NCBI RefSeq assembly: GCF_009914755.1
Contig: NC_060930.1
DNA length: 64,000 bases
Direction: 5' to 3' (one strand)
From: the human T2T-CHM13v2.0 reference genome, Homo sapiens
The notes below the pieces were generated by a model that worked only from the letters and a program-made list of their open reading frames with translations, made no database searches and was not told where the DNA came from. This document shows, piece after piece, positions 56,123 through 64,000 of this stretch. The number at the start of each line of letters is the position of its first letter. Position 1 is the first letter of the stretch. Made by a program: the position numbers and the translations under genes.

Positions 56123-56325
56123 GCCTGGAACAGCCTGATCAGCAGCCTCCTAAGCCCCATGGCTGCCACAGTGGGCCTCATTGTCCTTCCCTATCACCTA
56201 GCCGGGGTGTTCCCAGCTGCCAGACAGTGCCAACTGGTGGTGCCTGCCCATCAGTGCCCCAAGACAGCCACTACTTTTCGAAGAATGAGACCACCAGCTG
56301 CTTTGTGGCCAGCTCCAGCTTACTG
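56123..56325 (+). pseudogene. MS4A-like exon D (TM3 and extracellular loop), 203 nt, frameshifted
   Basis: gcag|AWNSLISSLLSPMAATVGLIVL...PAARQCQL, then in the shifted frame HYFSKNETTSCFVASSSLL|gtgagt; both loop cysteines retained. Confidence 0.88.
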
Positions 56326-57319
56326 GTGAGTATTTTTAGGTAGAATCTTCCAGACTAGTGAAGTCTTTGAGATTTTCTGCTTCTTGTTCACTGCTTCCTT
56401 CTGATGTGGACCATGCGGAAAGAGGCAGAACACAGGAACCCACACATGGGAGAATAGCAGGCATTTGACTGGACTGTGCCAAAAGAGTTGTTCAAGTACA
56501 ATATCAAGCAAGACTGTAGTTGCAAAAAGACATAACCAACAACTTGGTTTCAATTTGAGCACCTTAATAAACAAACTGATTTAACTGTCATAGTCTCAAG
56601 GGATGGGTTTTTCCAAGCAAGAACTCTAGGGTCAGGGTAGCGAATTGCTCAAGAAAGGCCAAGAGCTCAGGGAGACATAGGAACCTCATAAACAGGGTGG
56701 CCACAGGCTGGCAGTGCCCAGGTTCAGCCAGGCAAGAGCCACAGGTCAAGGGAGGCTGCAAGAGGCTAAATCCTAATTCCACCACATGCACAAAAATGGA
56801 TGGGATGGCCAAAAATGACCCCAAAAAATCAGGAAACAAATACGGAATGGGCTTTTTAATTGTTGTTTGCAATCAGAACTTTATGAAAATGACAGAATGT
56901 GGTTTCGCATTCTCTGTTGCATTAGAGCCAGTCTGAGCATCAGTATTTGCTCTAAAATGTGTTTAGTCAATAAAGTCAAGAGAACATGTGTGTGGAACAC
57001 TGAGAAAAGAAGGCAGAGGAAGTTTGCATTCCTGCAGCCATAGAGGGGGATATTCTAGGGGTGGAGAGGCAGCAGGCAGGGGGAATGTGTGCACAGCCTG
57101 GCCGTTGTCCCATCCCCTCATCGCTGGCTTCAGGCCATCCTCCCATAGATGGAGCAGCTATAATGGGAGTGGAGGGTTGAGGGGCAGGGGAGGCATCTGC
57201 TGAGCGGCTGGATGGGGTTTGTGTAGTGGGTTAGGATGAGCTCCTCAGAAACCAGCCTGAGCTCTCTGGCTCAGGAGCTTCTCAGGAAGAGCTGAGAAGC
57301 GGCAACCCCTGCCTGAGGG

Positions 57320-57770
57320 GTCCTTGTGTTCATTTCCCATGGCCACAATAACAGAGGACCACAAACTGGTGACTGAAAACAACAGAAGTGAATTCCTTCA
57401 CAGTTCTGAAAGCAAAGTCCAAGATCGAGGAGTCGGCAGGGCCGCTCTTTCTCTGAAGGCTCTAGGAAAAAACTCTTTCTTGTCTCTTCCAGCTTTGGGG
57501 AACTCCAGGCATTCTTTGGCTTCTGGACACGTCTTTCTAACCTCTGTCTCCATCCTCATGAGGCCTTCCCCTCTGTTTGTCTCTGTGTCCTGTTCTCTTC
57601 TTATAAGAACACCAGTTATTGCATTTAGGGTCCACCCTAAATCCAGGATGATTTCACCTTGAGATCCTTAACTAATTGCACCTACACAGACCATATTTCC
57701 AGATAAGGTCATATTCTCAGGTTCTATGTAGACATGAATTTGAGGGGGGACACTAACCCACTATAGTCAC
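57320..57770 (-). mobile_element. MLT1C-type LTR
   Basis: cacagttctgaaagcaaagtccaagatcgagg...ccaccctaaatccaggatga. Confidence 0.78.
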
Positions 57771-58401
57771 AGTCTGTACAAATAAATTCTAGATTCTGCC
57801 CACCTGTGGCCTTACCTGTTCTACTTGGAAGTCATTGTTCCATGGAAGGTGACCCAGGGAAGCAGAATTGTTCTCCTCCTCAGGCAGATAGCTCCTGGGG
57901 ACTGGCGTGAGAATTAGCAACTGTGCCAGCACATCACTTTGATTGGTCAAGGTGCCCCTTGCTGCCTCCCAGCCAAGCCAAGCAGGCCCACCCCAGGGAG
58001 CATAGGTGGGTAGCAGGTGCTGGCGCTCAGTTTACAAAGGAAGGCCTTCTGCCTCACCACCTCTGTGGACCTGCAAACCGCCCTAAGGGGTGAGTGGGAA
58101 GTCCCCATCTTACAGAAGACGAAATTGAAACCCAGACAGGCGGAGACTCTCCATGGAGGCCAGATGAATGAAGAGTCAGGAGGCTCAGCTCAACCTTGGG
58201 TGTCACCTGCCACCTGTACTGCTGTCCCTGGAGTGGCCCAGGATACTAGGATATGACACTGTCTCCCAGATCATGAGCAGGTTGAGTCAGGTACGAGGGA
58301 AGAGGAGCCAGCAGATGACACTGTCTAAACCCATCTGGTCATCTCAGGAAGGCAGAAGGGTTGGCCAGTCCAGCACAGACCTCGTGCATCCTGCATTTCA
58401 G

Positions 58402-58503
58402 AGGATCCTGTCTGTGATGCTCCTCTTCACGGCATTGGAGCTCAGTGTCGCTATCCTTTCTTCTGTCCTCTTGTGAAAAAAGACCTGTTCAGATGTCCTC
58501 AGG
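58402..58503 (+). pseudogene. MS4A-like exon E (TM4), 102 nt, nonsense codon
   Basis: ttcag|RILSVMLLFTALELSVAILSSVLL*KKTCSDVLR|gtgaac vs MS4A6A GTLSLMLICTLLEFCLAVLTAVLRWKQAYSDFPG; TGA at 58474-58476 where Trp is expected. Confidence 0.9.
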
Positions 58504-58924
58504 GTGAACCTGCTGTGCCGTGGGCTCTGGGGCCTGGGTGGTGGCACAGGGCATGGTCCTGGGGCCAATGGCAGGTGGTACTAAGGTCGACCCATGAATC
58601 TTGACCTTAGTCGAAGTCGACAGGTTTTGTTGAGTGAGGCAGCAGCCGGCAGAACAGGATGACAGCAAGTGCCCAGGGTGGAGGAATCACAATAGGAAGC
58701 GATGGGACCAAAGAGAGCACATCACACATCTGCTCATTTAGCAAAGCAGGAAACAGGCTAAGGTGCAGAAGCCCTCTGGTCCCTGGAACCCTCAAGTTTT
58801 TATATTTGTGTATCCCTTGTCTTTTGTTTCAAGATATTTTTTAATTTCTCTGGTTTGATTTTTTGGAGATAAAAGGCCTTCCACTCAGCGTACAAGGCCT
58901 GTTCACTTGCTTTGTCCTCTCCAG

Positions 58925-59196
58925 AATGTGTTTCCTGACCCAAAGTGACACAGTGATCACCAGCATGCCCCAGGCAGCATTTGCTGACACCGTCCTGGAG
59001 ATGAACAAGGAGTGCACCCTTAGTGTGGGGGCAGAGAGAGAGAGAGCACGTTGTCTGCAGGAGTCAGCTGAATGATCTCACAGACCCCACCTGCTGGGCT
59101 CTTCCATTTTATCACAATTATTCCGCCTGTTCACGTGCAGAGAGAACACTTGGGGCAGATTTTAAGACCTTAGAGAGTAATTTGTTTACAAATAAA
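58925..59196 (+). pseudogene. MS4A-like terminal exon F with polyadenylation signal
   Basis: tgtcctctccag|NV/FLTQS cf. SVLFLPHS (frameshift near the exon start); shifted ORF stops at 59075; AATAAA at 59191-59196. Confidence 0.65.
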
Positions 59197-59799
59197 ATAT
59201 CTCTTTGATGATGTATTTGGATTCCATGTCATTTTGCCACATTTCTCTTAATTTACTGGACACCAACAATGATATAAAAGTTAAGATTTTAGGAAATGTA
59301 GAAAATTTCTAAATAAAAATCAAAAAAGAAAATAAAACAACAAAATGAAGAGCTGCCTGGGAGAGATGAACCCATGGTCCCCGTCTTCACGCTAAGATGC
59401 AAAAGAGCAGAGCTTCCAGCTTCCAACTGGAGCTCCCACACAAAATACTGGGGAAATCTTCCTCCTTCCAACAATGGTCTTCCTATTGATCCTGAGACCT
59501 TGCTGGCAACCAGCCGTGTCTCTGCCCCTCTTTCTGTGCTCTCGTGACTCATCCCAGCTTCTCTCTCTGTGCCCCTTTCTTGTTCCCCTCTGCCCATTTC
59601 TCTTTTTATCTGAATCCCCAGATGCCCCTGCACAATCTGAGTGTGCAGAGTGGCCCAGCCCTCCCTAGGAAGGGAAAGCACTGGCCCCTTGCTTGGAGAG
59701 AAGGCAGAGACTGCTCTCCCACAAGACTGTAGTGCCCTAAAACCCCCTGATCAGCTCACACCTTGTTTCCTGGTGGCCAGGCCAATGATGAGGTTCACC

Positions 59800-60150
59800 A
59801 CAGCCTACCTCAGCCAGGGACCTTATGACTTAATAGGGGAAGAGCCACAGAATATAGCCACATATATGGGCAGAAGTCCTGAGATATCCATGGGGCTGGA
59901 TACTAAAGGGTCTCCATTTCCAAGTAGAACCTAAGGTTAGATGAGAGAGGTTTATTATCAATGCAGGAGGATCCTCACAGGATACAGGATTTAACAGCCT
60001 AACAGGGATTCCAGAAGATAGTTCAAATCAGATTCAAGGTAAGCTCCTGTAAGTATGGAAAAAGTGACAACTCCCCACGAAAGACAGAGGTGAGAAGGCT
60101 CAGAGAAGTGGATATGCTGGGGTGGATACACTCTGTAAATCCAGAAAAAT
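59800..60150 (+). mobile_element. ERVL-type internal fragment (tentative)
   Basis: aacctaaggttagat...gatacaggatttaaca resembles ERVL gag-region consensus. Confidence 0.4.
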
Positions 60151-60477
60151 CTACCTGCTGCCTATTTTTCAATTGTTCAATTTGCCTGTTAAATCATCTG
60201 GGCCTGGTCATGCTAAATTTTTTTAACTACCAATTTTGATTTACTTAATGATTGTAAATCTGGTTTATCCATTTCTTCTGTTTTTTAATTCACTCTGCAT
60301 TGATATTTATACTACAACTCTCCAAACACTATTTCACAAATCAAGCTTCTATAGCAAAAGTAGGAAAACGTTTTAAGAAATTTTATTTTACCTTGTCAAT
60401 GACCAAAAACACTCAAGACTGGCATCCTCACCCAATTTCTCTAGACTTTGTTTCTGGGATCATCAGCTATCACATGT

Positions 60478-60852
60478 TGTATTAGTCCGTTCTCACGCTG
60501 CTATAAGACAGCCTAAGACTGGGTAATTTATAAAGGAAAGAGGTTTAATTGACTCCCAGGTCTGCAGGGCTGGAGTGGCCCCAGAAAACTTACAATGCCA
60601 GCAGAAGGGGAAGCAAACACCTTCTTCTTTACATGGTGTCAGCAAGGAGAAGGGCAGAGTGAAAGGGGACAGGGGGAAGCCCCTTTTAAAAAACCATCAG
60701 ATCTGATAACAATTCACTATCACAAGAACAGCATGGAGGCAACCTCCCCCATGGTTCAATTACTTCCCACCAGGTCCCTCCCACAACATGTGGGGATTAT
60801 GGGAACAACAATTCAGGATGAGATTTGGGTGGGACACAGCCAAACCATATCA
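60478..60852 (-). mobile_element. THE1 solo LTR
   Basis: tgtattagtccgttctcacgctgcta...gggacacagccaaaccatatca; 5-bp TSD catgt. Confidence 0.92.
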
Positions 60853-60890
60853 CATGTCTTCAATTTCTGCCTCCTAAAAATGACATCTTT

Positions 60891-61178
60891 GCCAGGTGTG
60901 GTGGCGCACACCTGTAATCTCAGCAGTTTAGAAGGCTGAGGCAGGTGAATCACTTGAGGTCAGGAGTTTGAGACCAGCCTGACCAACATGGTGAAACCCC
61001 ATCTCTACTAAAAACACAAAAAACTTAGCCTGGTATGGTGGTGTGCACCTGTAGTCCCAGCTACTCAGGAGGCTGAGGCAGGAGAATTGCTTGAACCCAG
61101 GAGGTAGAGGTTGCAGTGAGCTGATATCACATCACTGCACTCCAGCCTGGGTGACACAGCGAGACTCCATCTCAAAAA
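60891..61178 (+). mobile_element. AluS
   Basis: Full Alu; TSD aaaaatgacat. Confidence 0.92.
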
Positions 61179-61289
61179 ACAAAACAAAACAAAAAAATGA
61201 CATGCTCAACCTTGGTCTTTCCTCAACTGTCAACTCTGAGTGCTAAGAACCTAAAAGATATCTCTGCTTTACTGCACAGCAAGGTCTTT

Positions 61290-61641
61290 GTTGTGAGTTG
61301 GGTTGTGTCCTCTCAAAATTTGTATATTGAAGTTCTAACCCCCAGTATCTCAGAATGTGACTTTCTTTGGAAATAGTGTCTTTATAGAATTAAAATGAGA
61401 TCATTAGGGTGGGCCCTAAGAGGATATTAGGGCACGGACACTCACAGAGGGACAACTGTGTGAAGACACAGGGAGAAGACAGTTATCTACAAACCAACAA
61501 GAGAGGCCTCAGAAGAAATCAACACTGCGGACACCTTAATGTCAGAATTTTGGCCTCCAGGACTATGAGAAAATAAATTTTTCTTGTTGAAGCTTCCCAG
61601 TCTGTGATACTTCGCTATTGCAGCTCTAGCAGACTAATACA
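61290..61641 (+). mobile_element. MLT1B-type LTR
   Basis: gaagttctaacccccagtatctcagaatgtgac...gcagactaataca. Confidence 0.8.
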
Positions 61642-62333
61642 CCCTTCAAATTCACCAGGGCCAAATTGAACCCACCATTCTCCTCTAAAAATTTCTTTTG
61701 CTTTCACCATTTTGTTTAAGGTCCTCACTCTTCCCATCACTCAAACTCTGAAAGTTCTTTTCCCATAGTGAAAAGGCCTAATGAAGGTGTTTCCCCATGG
61801 ATTCTTTCCTTTTAGTTCTGTCTTGTGGACTGCAGCTGACTCAGCCCTGAGGGTGCCCTTGATGTCCCCGCTCAATTAGCATCTCTACCATTTCACCATT
61901 GCTTGCATGAGACAGTCGAAGGGTCATGAAAGCTTCTGTGATCTGGAAGACGTATTCTATAACAGTAGCGTTTCACAGCAGAAGCCAGACTTGCAACATT
62001 GCAAAGATCATGGGATTTGGAAGCAGAAAACCTGAGTTTCTATTTGGACTCTGCCACTTACCAAGTGTAGAACTTTTGGAAAAACCTTGGAAAGTCTTCC
62101 TATCTCCATTATGGATCAAGAGTGTGACCTTGGTTCACCCTCTCACCATTCTTTCCTTAATTTTTTTTTCTTATAAATAATAGCTTCCACCTTCCACCCT
62201 GCAGAGCAATTGTAAACTTCATAACACATGCGAAGCGCTTGACTCAAAAAACAGGAAGCACTAAGGACTGTTAATTTAACTGGCATCTCATTACTTTTAT
62301 AAGAAAGCCTAGCATAAAGAAAAGGTGTGTCCA

Positions 62334-62780
62334 CTGTTATGGGTTGAATTGTGCCCTCCCAAGAAAGATACATTGAAGCTCTACTCCCCAAACCTCAGAA
62401 TGTGCCCTTATTTGGAAATAGCAGCATTGCAGATGTCATTAGTTAAGACAAAGTTATACTAGAGTAGAGCAGGCCCTAATCCAATACGGCAGGTGTCTTT
62501 ACGAAAAGATAGCATGTGAAGACACAAACATACAAAGAGAAGGCAACCATGTGGTGACAAGAGGAGAGACTGGAGTGATGCTCCTGCAAGCCAAGATTGC
62601 TGGCAAACCACCAGAAGTTAGGAAGAGGCAAGGTAGGATTCCCTTACAGGTTTCAGAGGGAGGGTAGCCAGCTGACACTTTAGACTGCTAACCTCCAGAG
62701 TTATGAGACAATAAGTTCCTGTTGTTTGAAGCCGCCCAGTTTGTGGTACATTGTTACAGCAGCCCTAGGAAACTGATACA
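62334..62780 (+). mobile_element. MLT1C-type LTR
   Basis: tgttatgggttgaattgtgccctccc...cagccctaggaaactgataca. Confidence 0.82.
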
Positions 62781-63170
62781 TCTACACAATGCAATGTCCT
62801 TCAGCCATAAAAAGGAATGAAACACTGGCATTGGCTATCATGTGGATGAAATGTGAAAACAGCATGTTCAGTGAAAGAAGCCAGGCACAGAAGACCACAT
62901 ATTATATAATTCCATGTATGTAAAGTGTCCAGAATAGGTGAATCCATACAGACTAAACACAGATTAATGGTTGCCAGGGGCTGCAGGAGGGGAGAATAGG
63001 AACTGACGGCTATTGAGTATAAGCTTTCTCTTAAGGGTGATATAAGTGATCTGGAATTAGATAGCAATGATAGTTCCAAATCTTGTGAATATATTTAAAA
63101 TTAAATTGTGTAACTTAAAATGGTGAATTTTATGTGGAATAATAGCAATAAAATTCAATAGAATAAAACA
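62781..63170 (+). mobile_element. L1MB-type 3' end
   Basis: cagccataaaaaggaatgaa...aaaatggtgaattttatg. Confidence 0.78.
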
Positions 63171-64000
63171 AAATGAACGACATGAAGCCCAACACCTCAC
63201 TGGAACATGCAAAACCCTTCCTTTATTCTCTGGTGGATCCCATTTCTCGCCATTGTTCAGTGCTCTCTATGCCCCACCATGCTGTCCTACTCTCTTCATC
63301 CTCTGCCTTCTCCCATGCTGTCTGCCTACCTATAGTCCCTCTTTCCCCACGCCCTGTTTTGTTCCTGTGCTGCCCCTTTCTCACCCTGTACTCTTTCACT
63401 TTGAAGTCACTGCCCCAGAACCTTCTCTTTCACTCCACGATTGGGTTGTGTTGACCCACTTGCACATCATATGTTTCTGAGGGCAGAAATGTTGGCCCAT
63501 AATTACAGTTGTCTGGTTATGTCTCTGTCTCCCTCACTAACATGCAAGCCCTACAGAAGCAGGAGCTGTGTCCAGCATGTTCACCAGGGTATCTTCCAAG
63601 TGTATCACATGATACTAGGTGCTCCGTAGACACCTGCTCAATGTCATATAGGTTCTTGGTCTTCTCTTCCAAATAAGGTAGAATAGTTATTTTTCATTTT
63701 ACAGGTGAGAACATTCAAGTTGAAAGAAATGAAGAGAATATTTGATGTCCCGCAATACAGGGGAAAGCCGTTACTGCATCCCAGGAATGTTTGACCATAA
63801 AGCCCTTCCTTGCCCACTAGGCCAGGTATGTCCCATCATAGAGCCCCTCACCCCACTTGCAGGTTACCCTTCCAAAGTGCTGTTCCAAAAGAGCTCACGG
63901 AGACAAGGTGATATTGGAGAAGTGATAGACACATAGATCTATGGAAGACATTGGGAAGCTTGGGAATAAACCCACACAATTATAGCTAATTATTGACAAA

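Larger units (their letters stand above)
50161..59196 (+). pseudogene. Unprocessed MS4A6/MS4A7-like (CD20 family, 4-TM) pseudogene, six coding exons
   Basis: Exons 50161-50320, 51966-52100, 53978-54034, 56123-56325, 58402-58503 and 58925-59196, all AG/GT bounded and collinear with the MS4A6A protein as I recall it; AATAAA at 59191. Confidence 0.9.

Noticed and set aside
50161-59196. The MS4A-like locus as an intact protein-coding gene
   Set aside because: The missing start codon, three frameshifts and an in-frame TGA in this haplotype preclude a full-length protein.

Overview
Human genomic DNA. Gene content matches the extended MHC class I region on chr6p22.1 (recognised from memory, not from a database search). 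About half the window is interspersed repeat: L1, Alu, MIR, L2, MaLR and ERV LTRs. Two intact single-exon GPCR ORFs are present: OR2H1 (10428-11378, +) and MAS1L (35423-36559, -). Recognisable pseudogenes are a UBD/FAT10 relic (~13.25-13.6 kb), a MAS1L-like pseudogene (23.7-24.6 kb), a processed RPS17 copy (37.9-38.35 kb) and a 35-nt tailless U2 snRNA retrocopy. The main new observation is a complete, intron-containing MS4A6/MS4A7-like (CD20-family, four-TM) gene relic on the + strand at 50161-59196. Its six coding exons have GT-AG sites and MS4A6A-like sizes and phases, it carries only about five disabling lesions, and it lies far from the 11q12 MS4A cluster. Also noted: further heavily decayed MAS/MRGPR-like relics, a splice acceptor shared by MAS1L and its pseudogene that suggests the MAS1L N-terminus is read-through intron, and a MER41B LTR with two intact GAS sites beside the UBD relic. 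Repeat subfamily calls and boundaries are by eye and approximate. Protein comparisons use remembered reference sequences.
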